A stretch of 64,000 nt of DNA from Mobula hypostoma (GCF_963921235.1 NC_086097.1:14756001-14820000); one strand, 5' to 3'; numbered from the stretch's first letter, positions 48,152 to 61,370 are shown. The notes: generated from the sequence alone by a model not told the origin. A program made the numbers and translations.

Positions 48152-50031
48152 CCATCAGAGAGGCGAAGCGTGCACACTCCCAGCGAATCCACGGCCACTT
48201 CCAGGACAGCGGCGACACGCAGCACATGTGGAAGGGCATTCAGGACAACACCAATGACAAGACAACACCACCTGCCTGTGCTGGTGATGCCTCCCTCCCA
48301 GATGCGTTGAATAACTTCTACGCTCATTTTGAGGCGGAAAATTACATGGCGGCGAGGAAGACCACCCCTCTTCCAAATGACCAGGTGCTGTGTCTTACCG
48401 TGGCCGATATGAGGAGAACCCTGTGCAGGGTCAACCCACGGAAGGCTGCTGGAACGGACAATATTCCTGGCAGAGTGCTTAGAGGATGTGCGGGCCAGCT
48501 AGCTGAGATTCTCACTGACATCTTCAACATCTCCCTGAGCAGCGCCATCATTCCTACGTGCTTCAAAGCCGCCACCATCATCCCCGTGTCGAAGAAGTCT
48601 TCAGTGTCCTGCCTCAACGACTACCGTCCCGTTGCACTCACATCCATCATCATGAAGTGTTTCGAGAGGCTCGTCATGAGGCACATCAAGACACTGCTGC
48701 CCCCCTCACTGGACCCCTGCAGTTCGCGTACCATCCCAACTGTTCAATAGACGACGCCGTTGCCATCACCCTCCACCTGGCCCTAACCCACCTGGACAAA
48801 AAAGACACATATGTTCGGATGCTGTTCATAGACTTCAGTTCAGCATTCAACACAATCATTCCTCAGAAACTGATTTGATTGGAAAGCTGAGCCTACTGGG
48901 CCTGAACACCTCCCTCTGCAACTGGATCCTAGACTTCCTGACTGGGAGACCTCAGTCAATCTGGATTGGAAGCAGCATCTCCAACACCATCACACTGAGC
49001 ATGGGGGCCCCCCAGGGCTGTGTGCTCGTCCACTGCTGTTCACTCTGCTGACCCACGACTGTGCTGCAACACACAGCTCGAACCACATCATCAAGTTCAC
49101 CGATGACACGACCGTGGTGGGTCTCATCAGCAAGAATGATGAGTCAGCATACAGAGAGGAGGTGCAGAGCCAACAACCTGTCTCTGAATGTGAACAAAAC
49201 AAAAGAGATGGTTGTTGACTTCAGGAGGACACAGAACGACCACTCTCCGCTGAACATCGATGACTCCTCCGTAGAGATCGTTAAGAGCAACAAATTTCTT
49301 GGTGTTCACCTGGCGGAGGATCTCACCTGGTCCCTCAACACCAGCTCCATAGCAAAGAAAGCCCAGCAGCGTCTCTACTTTCTGTGAAGGCTGAGAAAAG
49401 TCCATCTCCCTCCCCCCATCCTCATCACATTCTACAGAGGTTGTATTGAGAGCATCCTGAGCAGCTGCATCACTGCCTGGTTTGGAAATTGCACCATCTT
49501 GGATCGCAAGACCCTGCAGCGGATAGTGAGGTCAGCTGAGAAGATCATCGGGGTCTCTCCTCCTGCCATTACAGACATTTACACCGCACGCTGCATCTGC
49601 AAAGCAAATAGCATCATGAAGGACCTCACGCACCCCTCATACAGACTCTTCTCCCTCCTACCATCTGGAAAAAGGCACCGAAGCATTCAGGCTTTCACAA
49701 CCAGACTATGTAACAGTTTCTTCCCCCAAGCCATCAGATTCCTCAATACCCAGAGCCTGGACTGACACCAACCTACTGCCCTCTACTGTGCCTATTGTCT
49801 TGTTTATTATTTATTGTAATGCCTGAACTGTTTTGTGCACTTCATGCAGTCCTGGGTAGGTCTGTAGTCTAGTGTAGTTTTGTGTTGTTTTTTACATAGT
49901 TCAGTGTAGTTTTTGTATTATTTCATGTAGCACCATGGTCCTGAAAAACGTTGTCTCGTTTTTACTGTGGACTGTACCAGCAGTTATGATCAAAATGACA
50001 ATAAAAAGGTGACTTGACTTGACTTGACTTG
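48152..50031 (+). mobile_element. Rex1/Babar LINE, 5'-truncated, inserted in a Penelope 3' UTR
   Basis: [36 protein letters not shown] and KFTDD motifs; (GACTT)n tail at 50011-50031. Confidence 0.95.
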
Positions 50032-50228
50032 ATCTTGCACTCCTTTCCCTGTCCATACCTTCATATTCTGGCTTCTTCCCCCTTCGTTTCCAGTCTTGAT
50101 GAAGGGTCTTGGCCTGAAATGGTGACAGTTTATTCCTCTCCATAGATGCCGCCTGATCTACTGTGTTTCCCCAGCATTTTGTGTTTGTTGCTCTGGATTT
50201 GCAGCATCTGCAGAATCTCTTGTGTTTA
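50032..50228 (+). mobile_element. Penelope 3' UTR with a mutated hammerhead
   Basis: CAGTC TTGATGA AGGGTCTTGGCCT GAAATGGTGAC; continues the UTR piece at about 48020-48151. Confidence 0.7.
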
Positions 50229-51136
50229 TGATATTCCAATCCACATTCATTCATAGTTCCTTAAGGTTGATTTAGCAGGGTGGGGGGCAGTGGGGGGGGG
50301 GGGGTAAGCTCCTACTACTTACTAAATGCTCCCAATGGCGTGCATCTCACATAGCCTCTGACAACTAATTCCAGTTCCTGGCCTTCATGTGCAGCTCAGC
50401 TACTAGGCCCAGAGGAACCATTTCCATTGACAGGGAAAGGCGGGTAACCGGCATCTTAAAACCAGTCACTTCTGGCAGATAGGGCTCATTGTGAGTAACG
50501 CAGACAAAACTCACACATTCCCATCCTCATTGAGGTTGGCGTTTATTCCCCATGGCACCCAGCGGTCTCAAAACACCTCCATGTTAACTGTGCTTGCTCT
50601 TGACACTATAAGCTTGGCTTTGGGTGCCTTTGCATATCTGCACAGACTTTTCCAGGGTTTTCTTTCCTCTCCCTCAAATGAGAAAGCCTCTGCCCTGCTA
50701 GGATCTCAGGTGACACAAGTGTTCCGATCTGTGATCTGAAGCAATGCAATTATTTGCTAATAGCATAAACTTTATTAAAATTGTGTCAAAGAATTCTCCC
50801 CGCTCTCAGCTGCAAACAATAAAGCAGCCGCGCCAAAGGGTTTAATTTCCGGACATAAGAGACTGCAGGTGCTGGAGGAACTCAAAGTTCAAAGTAAATT
50901 TATTATTAAAATACAAATATGTCACCATATACTATCCCGAGATCCACTTTCTTGCAGGCACTTACAGTAGAGAAAAGAATACAATAAAAAACAACTCAGA
51001 AGGTCAATAAGTACCTGTGGAGGGCTAATGCACAGTTGATGCTTTGGTCTAATGTTTGTGTGCGTGCCAATGTCTCTGTTATGTGCTGTGAGTATGGCGT
51101 GGGTGTCCATTTCAAGGTAGATTGCTGTTTATAATT

Positions 51137-51385
51137 TGTTGTGTATTAATATTTCAGTAATATTTGAGTAATCTTGTGTATATATATTAGTTGATTAAGC
51201 ATTCTTTGTTGTTTAAATAATTTATTATGAATTACATGTAAAAATACATGAATTACAGACGTTATCATGCTACCTGATGATACTTATGTGCCTCACTTAA
51301 AGTAAACACAAAGTTAGACTCACATTTAGGACTCCTGTGTCTTCCTTTGAATTAGATTAATGTTTTGAAGTTACAAAACATAACA
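51137..51385 (+). mobile_element. Solo LTR
   Basis: TGTTGTGT...ACATAACA inverted ends; exact 5-bp TSD TAATT. Confidence 0.8.
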
Positions 51386-51862
51386 TAATTGATCTAACGT
51401 AGTGACTGGATTTTCATCTTCATGATATGGTATCGTTCTCTGTCCCCGTGGCCAATAATGTACATTAAAATCTTTACTTCCATCTGCTCTGGCATATTTG
51501 CCACGTCCCCCCCACCCACCACCATCACCACCTTCAATCCACAGTGTGAACTCTTCCCTCCACTCTCTGCACCTTCAGACAGCGTACTTGCCCAGAAACA
51601 CAGTGGCTCGGGCGACTTAATTTGTTCCATCCTGGGCTCTCTCTTTCATCGGGATTCTCACAGTTGTTTTCTTTCCAACAGCCTCCATCTGGAATTTTCT
51701 GTCCCCAAAATGCCATTGCTTCAGAAACCAGCAGCTAGTCCTGTGAAATGATCATTACAGAGATAAAAGCTTTAAGGCAAAATTAAAGTCCATAGACTAC
51801 CATTGTACATACATGTTGCATGTACATACACACTCAAACACAAAAATATACTAATCACAATT

Positions 51863-52262
51863 ACAGTGGCCACTTTAGTAAGTACCTCCTGTACCGAGTC
51901 TACGTTTGTGCTCTTCTACTGCTGTAGGCCACTATTTCAAGGTTTGGTGTGTTGTACATTCGGAAATGCTCTTCTGTACATCACTGCTGTAACATGTGGT
52001 TATCGGAGTTACTGTCAGCTTGAATCAGTCTGACCATTCTCCTCAGATCTCTCTCATTAACAAGCCTCTTTCACGCACGTAACTGCTCCTCTCTGGATGT
52101 TTTCTTTGTCGCACAATTCTCTGTTACTAAGATTCTCAAACCATCCCGCCATGATCAAAGTCACTTAGATCACATTTCTTCTCCTTTCTGAGGGACAACA
52201 ATGGAACCTCGTGACCATATCTGCATGCTTTTATACATTGAGTTGCTGCCACATGATTGGCC
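51863..52262. mobile_element. Tc1-derived non-autonomous fragment
   Basis: CAGTGGCCACTTTA.TA.GTAC TIR-like end; minus-strand KKCDLSDFDHG Tc1 N-terminal remnant. Confidence 0.6.
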
Positions 52263-52970
52263 TTTAAGAAGCGGGGAAGTCGCCACTGAATTGAGGAGCC
52301 AGTTCCCACTTGCATTTTAGAGAACATTCCAATACGTTTCAGCCAGACTTTTTCTTTGGGAATGCCAGGTTGATCTATATGTGTATTTTTGATCAAATGG
52401 TTTGAAGCATGTTGTTGTGAAAATATGTTCTGTTATAAATATGATTTGCACATGAATCTTAGCTGATTCTGAGAATCTCCATGCACTCTCTCAGCAATAT
52501 AACTCTAACCAGTCTAGACAGATGACATATTTCTCTAGTTTAAAGTATATTTATTACCAAAGTACATATATTTCATCATATACCACCCAGGGATTCATTC
52601 TCTTGCAGGCCTTCACAGTAAATGCAAAGAAACACAATAGTATCAATGAAAAACTGTACACAACCAAGGCAGACAAACAACCAATGTGCAAAAAATTACA
52701 AATTGTATAAATACAAAAAAATAAGTAAAACATATTGAGAATATGAGTTGTAGAGACATGAAAGGGAGTCCATAGATTGTGCAATCAGATCAGTGTTGGG
52801 GTGAATGAAGTTTAGGAGCCTGATGGTTGAGTGTAATAACCATTCCTGAATCTGATGATATGGGACTTAAGGCTCCTGTACCTCCTTCCTGATGGCAGCA
52901 GCGAGAAGAGAGTGTGGCCTAGGTGGTGGGGTTCCTTAATGATTGATGCTGCTTTCCTCTGATGGTGAAC

Positions 52971-53755
52971 TGTCACGAGGATTACCCCTCAATAATAGCC
53001 ATCAGTTAGACACAGAGAGATTCTGTATTTACTGAACGATACCTTTATTATCTCAGCTAACAAGCACCTGAATTTCCATAACTGAACACCTGTCTGCATA
53101 CCTACAAGGTGTCCTTGACCCTCCATAAAAAGTCAAAGAACAGAAAAGGTAATACCCGGGGAAAAGATTCTATGCTGGCCAGGCATCCCTCGAGGTCTCT
53201 TTCTAATCTCCATGTATCCAACCTAGTGTTATCTGCATTCACATCTGTGATGTTTGGTCTCTGGAGAGTTGTCACTACCTGTGGTCCCCAAATCCTCCAT
53301 TCCTATTCTCTTCTTTGTCAGATCAACTATACTGTTTCAATTTCATTGGCTCAAGGTCACCTGACTGACCTATGTCAAATTCCTATTGGATGTAACCCAT
53401 GGCTACAAGCAGTATTGCTTTATGGCTTTTCCTCCAGCCTCACCTCTTAGGTGATTTCCTTTGATTTTTTTCCCTCAACTCATACTGGTTTAAAACAGTT
53501 TAACCTGGTCACCAAACACTGGGCCCAGCTGACAAGATCACAGGTTGTTTCTTCTGCAAACTCATAATGTTACATAATAAACAGTTTCTTATCTGAGAAT
53601 GGTCTCGGGTTTAGCAGATCATTAGCAGGAACTCCTTGTGTCATCGTTCAACTGATCTGATTAAATTATCTTGGAGCAAGAATCAATTTACCTAACAGTT
53701 CACAAAATGGTGGCTGCAAGGACATTCTCACAAAATAGTGGCCTCCATTCCTACA
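52971..53755 (-). mobile_element. Probable retroviral-type solo LTR
   Basis: Minus strand TGTAGG...GTGACA with AATAAA near the 3' end; TSD not evident. Confidence 0.45.
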
Positions 53756-56191
53756 ACCATATGGCAAGAACAAATTCTTTTGATTTGTCTGTTTCCACTG
53801 CCCTTGCCTCATTCCTGTTCACTGATTTGTAGATTGTAGTTCTTTCTGGCCAACATCTCCTTGTAGATATGCTTAGTGGTGGGGAGGATGATGGACTGGG
53901 CTGTATCCACTAGCTGTTGTAGGATTTTCCTTTCAAAGGCATTGGCGTTTCTATACCAGGCCATGAAGCAACCAGCCAATGTACTCTCCACCGTGCATCG
54001 ATAGAAATTTGTTAAAGTTTTAGATGACATGCCAAATCTTGACAAACTTCTAAGAAATCAGAGGCACTTCCTTGCCTTCATTGTAATGGCATTTATGAGC
54101 TGGATCCAGGACAGGTCCTCTGAAATAATGACACCAAGGAATTTAAATTTCATCTCCAATGAACATTTTGCATAGCACTGCTCATTATAATAAAAATGTA
54201 GTAAGCGGGAGTGATTTAAAAATAAAGCTCTCACAGTGAATACATAAAGCATTTGGCACATAGAATTTGGTAAATTGAATTAGGATCATGTACTCACAGA
54301 ACACTACAGAACAGACACAGGCCCTTTGGCCCATCTAGTCCATTCCAAATTATCTGTCTGCCTGGTCCCATTGATCTGCACCCAGACCTTAGCCCTGTAT
54401 ACCCTCTTAAGTGACTCTTAGATAGGTACATGGAGTTTAGAAAAATAGAGGGCAATGCAGTAGGGAAATTCTAGGCAGTTTCTAGAGTAGGTTACACGGT
54501 CAGCACAACATTGTGGGCCGAAGAATCTGTAAAGTGCTGTAGATGTCTATGTTCTATGTTCTATACCCCTCCCAACCATGTAACTATGCAAATTTCTCTT
54601 AAATGGTGCAATTGAACCTACATCCACCACCTCCACTGGCAGCTCGTTCCACACTCTCACCAACCTCTGAGTGAAGAAGCTCCCCCTCATGTTCTCTTTA
54701 AACATTTCACCTTTCTCCCTCAACCCATTCTAGTATTTCCCAACTTCAATTGAAAAAGCCTGCTTGCATTTGCCCTATCTATACCCCTCATAATTTTGTA
54801 TACTGTACCTCTATCAAATCTCCCCTCCGTCTTCTACGTTCTAGAGAATAAAGTCCTAACCTATTCAACCTTCCCCTATAATGCAAATCCTCAAGTCCTT
54901 GCAATTTCCTTGCAAGTTTTTTCTGTGCTCTTTTAACCGTATTTACATCTTTCCTGTAGCTAGCTGACCAAAAATGCACTCAATAGTCCAAATTAGGTCT
55001 CACCAACGCCTTGTACAACTTCAACATAACATCCCAGCTCTTATATTCAGTACATAGATTTATGGAGGCAAATGTGCCAGAAGTTTTCTTTATGACCCTA
55101 TCTGTCTGTGATACCAGTTTCAAGGAATTATGCATCAGTATTCCCAAGTCCCTTTGTACGACCACACTCCTCAGTTTACTGTGGAAGACCTACCTTGGTT
55201 TTTCCTTCCAATATACAACACCTTACACTTGTCTGCCTTAAATTCCGTCTACCATTTTTTCAGCCTATTTTTCCAGCTGGTCCAGATGCTGCTGCAAGCT
55301 TTGATTGTCTTTCTCGCTGTCCACTCCACCCTGAATCTTGGTGTCATCCACAAATTTGCTGATCCAGTTAACCACATTATCATTCAGATCATTGACATAG
55401 ATGTCAAACAACAATGGGCCCAGCACTGATCCCTGTGGTGCTCCACTAGTCACAGGCCTCCAGTCAGAGAGGCAACTATCTACCACCACTCGCTGGCTTC
55501 TCCCACAATGTCAATATCTAATCCAATTTACTACCTCATCTTGAATGTCAAGTGACTGAACCTTCTTGATCAACGTCCCATGCTGGATCTTGTCAAAGGC
55601 TTTGCTAAAGTCCATGTAGACAACATCTACTGCCTTGCTTTCATCAACTTTCTTGGTAACTTCCTCAAAAAACTCTACAAGATTGGTTAGACACAACCTA
55701 CCGTGCACAAAGCCATGCTGACCATCACTAATCAGTCCCTATCTATCCAAATACTTATATCTCTGGTCCCTTAGAATATCTTCAAATAACATTCAGGTTC
55801 ACCAGCCTAAACTTTTCTGGCTTCTTCTTAAAGCTTTTCTTAAATAACAGAGCAACATTAGCTATTCACCAATCCTTCAGCATCTAACCTGTGGCTAAGG
55901 ATGTTTTAGAGGGTGTATAGTTACAGGGTGTGAGGGAACATGTTGTCAAGCTTTGAGGATTTATCCACCTAAAATTTCCTCAAAACAGTAAATACCTCCT
56001 CCTCTACAATCTGTATGTGTTCTAGGACCTCGCTGCTGCTTTGCTTCACTTCTGTCCATCTGTTGAGTAAATACAGATACAGTAGAAAAAAATCCATTTA
56101 AGATCTCCATCATCTCTTTTGGCTCCACACATAGATGACCACTCTGATCTTCGAGAGGACCAATTCTGTCCCTTGCTATTCTTTTGCTCTT

Positions 56192-56749
56192 GTTGTTCTT
56201 GTTGTTCGTCCATCGTTGACGTCGATGAGGACCTCGACAACATAATGATGGTGTCGAGACTAGCGCGTGATTTGGATTTAAGTGAGGGAGAGTTGTGCAG
56301 CGTCAGCCTCACTCTCTCTTCCCAATTCCCATCTGGGTCCAGTGGCAAGACAGAGTCTAGACGGCTGGAGATGGAACTAGGCACAGTGGATGACCAGGAC
56401 ATCTGCTGTGTCTTGTCCTGCTCTACACGTTCCACGACGCTTGCAGAGACCGCCTTCTTGACTGTTGGACCTTCCATTGGTCTCGTCCGCTCAATCCGCC
56501 GGAGTCTGTCTTCACATGCTGGGATAGACAACTCCCTATCTCACCGAGGGTTTGAGACCCGTCGGCTACCCTCACCTGGTTTAGCCGGCTTGTCGAAGCC
56601 GTTGCCCAGGGTGTGGCCGCTGTCGCATGCAAACAGCTACGGGGAGCCACAGGTGAGAGCTGAGTGCCAAGTGGGGACCAAAGGTGGACTAACCGCCCTG
56701 AAAAGGACGCGACATGTTCCCCCACCAGAGGTGCTACCCCTCCCTGACA
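56192..56749 (-). mobile_element. Non-autonomous RTE-type retroelement (no ORF, (AAC)n-like tail)
   Basis: 12-bp TSD TCTTTTGCTCTT at 56180-56191 and 56750-56761; CpG-rich, so probably young; RTE assignment rests on recalled resemblance to RTE1 5' UTRs. Confidence 0.8.
56569..56740 (-). ncRNA. Candidate HDV-like self-cleaving ribozyme
   Basis: Manual fold gives P1, P2, P3, P1.1, P4 and J4/2 GCTAA with a C75-equivalent at 56584 (see findings). Confidence 0.65.
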
Positions 56750-57062
56750 TCTTTTGCTCTTAATATATCTGTCGAAGCCCTTATTATTCTCCTTCACCTT
56801 GTCTGCTAGAGCAACTTCATGCCTTCTTATAGTCCTCCTGATTTCTTTCTTAAATGTCCATTTACATTTCTTATACTCCTCAAGTACTTTATTTGCTACT
56901 CCCTGCCTACATCTGCTGTTCACCTCCTTTGTTTTCTTAACCAGGGCCTTCATAACTCTTGAAAACCAAGACTTCAATGAAGTGTAGTAAATATTCTATG
57001 AAGCCCATTTATATTAGTCAGCCAAATTGAAACAACTATATTTAGGTGACTAGGTGATGAAA

Positions 57063-57415
57063 CGTCTCTACCAAAGGAGATGTTAGGCACTCCTTCGCTA
57101 CGCTAGCCTGCTGGTCACCCTTGGGCAAGGTGCAGCACCTGCTTCGTCCCTGATTGGGGTCATGTGAAACCATGGGAGCAGGTGGTGGATGGCCGTATGA
57201 GCTGCTGGTGCATACACAAGTCCTGGTTATGCAACCATTGACGGCAGGCAGACAAACTCTAAACAGTATTGGTAACGGCTGGAGTCAGCCGTCTTGTAAA
57301 GACACCCCAGAAGAAGGCAAAGGCAAACCACTTCTATAGAAAAAATTTGCTAAGAACAATCATAGTCAAAAGACCACGATCGCCAACATCATAGGACACA
57401 GCGCATAATGATGAC
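57063..57415 (+). mobile_element. RTE-related SINE/non-autonomous element
   Basis: GAAGAAGGCAAAGGCAAACCACTTC Bov-A-like motif; homologue of 26900-27270. Confidence 0.75.
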
Positions 57416-57873
57416 ACTTGTGACTGGGTTTTTTAAGTCTGGTGACTTGTTTCGTTAGTAATATTATAGGCCTATTTGCTTTTCTCTTGGGGCTGCAAAT
57501 CTATTGGCCCACAAGTACCAGCAACAACAACAGCAGCAGAAATGCTGAAGGCCAGCTGAAGAAAACCAGTCTCTTGAATTTGGAACACCCTGTTGTCGTA
57601 TGAGCACAAGATGAAATGGATCTGATATTATGGTATCTCTTTACCCTGTCCTTCCAATCAGACAACCAAATGGACTTGCAGGTAAAGAAAGGTGACTTGA
57701 ATGTGCTGGTGTTTAAGCCACTGTTTGGAGAAGGGCAAGAATGGACCTCCCTTGCCCCCATTTCTTTACATGTTAAAGCTTGCTAATCTCTCCCCAGTTT
57801 TGATGGAAGTTCATGCCTTGAAACATTAATCCTGCTCCACTCTCCAAAGAATCAGCCTGAATATTTTAAAGAA

Positions 57874-58150
57874 CACGGTAGTGTAGTAGTTAGCACAATG
57901 CTTTACAGTACCAGTGACCTGGGATCAATACCCACTGCTGTCTGTAAGGAGTTTGTATGTTCTTGCCATGACCACAGGGGTTTCCTCTGGGTTCTCCAAT
58001 TTCCTCCCACAGTCCAAAGATGTACCGGTTGGTAGGTTAATTCATCACTGTAAATTGTTCTGTGATTAGGGCTAGGATTAAATTGGGAGTTGCTTGGTAA
58101 TGTTCCTTGAAGGGCCTTTTCTGTGCTGTATCTCATTAATAAATAAATAA
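57874..58150 (+). mobile_element. HE1-like tRNA SINE
   Basis: Homologous to 10195-10487; (TAAA)n tail. Confidence 0.85.
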
Positions 58151-58309
58151 AATTAACACAAAGATAACCAGACAAATTCATAAGTTCACACGAGAGACTG
58201 CACATGTTGGTATCAGGAGCATTAGACAAACTGCTGAAGAACTCAGAAGGCTGAGCAGCACCTGTGGGGCAAAGAAACAGTTGACATTTCAACTGCTCCA
58301 TCCTCAGCT

Positions 58310-59410
58310 CTATCACTCAGCTTCCCATCCCCCTATCAAATTAGTTTAAACTCTCCCCAACAGCTCCAGCAAACCTGCCCACAGGGATATTGATCCCCCC
58401 TCAGGTTCAGGTGTAACCCATCCTTTTTGTGCAGGTCACACCTTCCCCAGAAGAGATCCCAATGATCCAGAAATCTGAAAGCCTGTCCCCTGCACCAATC
58501 CTTCAGCCACACATTCATCTGCCAAATCATCCTATATTTCCCCCACTGGCATTTGGCACAGGCAACAATCCAGAGGTTACTACCCTGGTGGTCCTAGTTC
58601 TCAGCTTTCTGTCTAACTCCCTAACTCTTCAGGTCCTCCTCCACTTTCCTACCTACGTCATTGGTGCTAATATGTACCACAACTTCTAGCTATTCACCCT
58701 CTCTCTTCAGAATGCTGTGGACCCCATCCGAGACATCCCTGACCCTGGCACCTGGGAGGCAACAAACCATCCAGGTGTCTCTTTCATGTCCACAGAATCT
58801 GCTTTCTTCTCCTCTAGTTATGAAATCCCCTAGCACTACTGCACTTCCCTTTTCCCCCTTCCCTTCTGGGCCACAGAGCCAGAGACCACGTTGGTGCTGC
58901 TTCCCCGAGACGGTATACTTATTATTCAGGAGAACTGTCACGGGGTACTCCGCATCGGCTGCTTATTCTCCCTTCCCTCTACTGACAGTCACCCAGCTCC
59001 CTGCCTCCTGTAACTTACCGGTGACTATCTCCCTGTGGCTCGTATCTATCACCTCCTCATTATCCTGTATGAGCCAAATGTCACTGAGCTGCAGCTCCAT
59101 TTCCTAAACACGATCTCTAAGGAGCTGCAGCTTGATGCACTTCATACAGATGTAGTTATCAGGGAGACTGGAGGTCATCTAGAGTTCACACAAGGAACAT
59201 GCCATGAAATCTGGACCTATTCTCAGTGCACTAACTACGTACTAAGGAAAAAAAACTTACTAGAAACTTGCTTACTTTCTTGGAACCTCCGCCTCTGTTT
59301 GCTCAAGTCTGTTCTAGCTCAAAGCTGTTGAACCAAGACCTGGCCACTCAAACACTGTCCACTCACACAATAGCCACTCAGGTTACACCTCTCTTCTTTC
59401 TATTGGCCCC
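58310..59410 (-). mobile_element. CR1 5' UTR plus ORF1 (SGNH esterase-like) remnant
   Basis: AVVLGDFITRG..VCCLPGARVRDV and FRFLDHWDLFWGR.DL.KKDGLHL motifs. Confidence 0.85.
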
Positions 59411-59411
59411 C

Positions 59412-61370
59412 TTTTGATTTCAGCCCTCTGAAAAGAGCCAAAAGCACTGGAGCTCTCTTTAATCCTTGTGCTGCGACACTAACAAACAACCTTTCGCACT
59501 GATTGCAGCTCGCCAAAAAGAGTCGAAATCACCAAAGCTCTTTTTAAACCTCAAGTTATATCATAGGAAATAGGAGCAGGAATAGGCCATCTCTGCCATT
59601 CAATAAGATCATGGCTGATCTGGCCATGAACTCATCTCCACCCACCTGCTATTCCCCCATAACCCTTCATTCCCCTACTATGCAAAAATCTATCCAACCT
59701 TGTCTTAAACATATTTACTGAGGTAGCCTCCACTGCTTCATTAGGCACAGAATTCCAGATTCATCACTCTCTGGGAAAAGCAGTTCCTCCTCATCTCCAT
59801 CCTAACTCTACTCCCCTGAATTTTGAGGCTATGTCACCTGGTTCTAGTCTCACCTAGCAGTGGAAACAACTTTCCTGTCACTATCTTATCTATCCCTTTC
59901 ATAATTTTATATGTTTCTATAAGATCTGCTCTCATTCTTCTGAATTCCTTTGAGTCCTGTCCCAGGTGACTCAATTTCTCCTCATAGTCCAACCCCCTCA
60001 TCTCTGGAATCAACCTGGTGAACCACCTCTGCACTGCCTTCAAAGCCAGTATATCCTTCCTCAAGTAAGGAGACCAGAACTGCACACAGTACTCCAGGTG
60101 TGGCCTCACCATTACCCTGTACAGTTGCAGCATAACCTCCCTGCTCTTAAATTCAATCCCTCTAGCAATGAAGGCCAACATTCCATTTGCCTTCTTGATA
60201 GCCTGCTGCACCCGCAAACCAACCTTTTGTGATTCATGCACAAGCATTCCCAAATCCCCCTGCACGGCAGCATGCTGCAATTTTTAACCATTTAAATGAT
60301 AATCTGCTCTTTCATTTTTCCTTCCAAAGTGGATGACCTCGCATTTACCAACATTGTATTCCATCTGCCAGACCCTTGCCCATTCACTTAACCTCTCTAC
60401 AGACTCTCCGTATCTTCTGCACAATTTGCTTTTCCACTCACTTTTGTATCATCAGCAGACTCAGATACACTACACTCAGTCCCCTCTTCCAGATCGTTAA
60501 TGTATATCCTGCAAAGTTGCGGGCCCAGCACCGACCCCCACGGCACACCACTCATCACTGATTGCCAACCAGAGGAACACCCATGTATCCCAACTCTCTG
60601 TTTCCTATTCGTTAACCAATCCTCGATCCATGCTAATGCATCTCCCCCAAGTCTATGCATTCTTATCTTATGCATAAGTCTTTTATATGGCACCTTATCG
60701 AACGCCTTCTGGAGATTCAAGTAAATAACATCCATCTGTTCCCCTCTATCCACTGCGCTTATTATATTCTCAAAGAACTCCAGTAAGTTTGTCAAACAGG
60801 ACCTGCCTTCGCTGAATCCGTGCTGCATCTGCCTGATCATGGATCCATTTCTTTTCAGATGCCTCGCCATTTCTTCTTTAATGATAGCTTCAAAGATTTT
60901 CCCAACTGCAGATGTTAAACTAACTGGCCTATAGTTACCTGCCTTTTGCCTACATCCCTTTTTAAACAGTGGTATGACATTCGCCATCTTCCAATCTGCC
61001 ACAACCTGCTCAGAGGCCAGAGAATTTTGGTAAATCATTACCAAAGCCTCTACTATAATTTCTACCATTTCTTTCAGTACTCTGGGATGGATTCCATCAG
61101 GGCCAGGGGACTTATCTATCTTCAAGCCCACAAGTTTGCTCAGTACTACCTCTTTAGTGATAGCTATTGTATCGAGGTCCTCACCTCCCGTCGCATCCAT
61201 AACATCTCTTTGGCATGTTAGATGTGTCCTCCACTGTGTCACCAACAAATGACCTTTCGTGCTCATTGCAGCCCACTGAAAAGAGCCAAAAGCAGCAGAG
61301 CTCTTTTTAAACCTCACGCTGTGTCACCAACAAACAACCTTTTGCACTGATTACAGCCCACCAAACAGAG
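59412..61370. repeat. 85-bp tandem monomer array split by a CR1 insertion
   Basis: Unit starts at 59471, 61234 and 61319, with a partial unit at 59412-59470; shared AAAAGAGCCAAAAGCA..AGCTCTTTTTAAACCTCA. Confidence 0.8.
59563..61233 (-). mobile_element. CR1 LINE RT region, 5'-truncated
   Basis: ORFs 60397 and 59834: DKSPGPDGIHPRVL, GNYRPVSLTS, SADD, LEYCVQFWSPY. Confidence 0.95.

Larger units (their letters stand above)
54295..56975 (-). mobile_element. CR1 LINE, 5'-truncated, with nested insertions
   Basis: ORFs 54788, 54980, 55265, 55511 and 56423 carry CR1 ORF2 motifs. Confidence 0.9.

Noticed and set aside
56119..56763. 214-aa plus-strand ORF
   Set aside because: It spans the antisense of a GC-rich non-coding retroelement and its CR1 flanks, and has no recognisable domain
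57662..57681. Possible 20-nt microexon (pyrimidine tract-AG...GTAAAG)
   Set aside because: Not frame-preserving, no partner exons found, and such motifs occur by chance; needs RNA-seq
59412..61370. CRISPR-like array
   Set aside because: Whole units are homologous with no unique spacers; eukaryotic context with no cas genes
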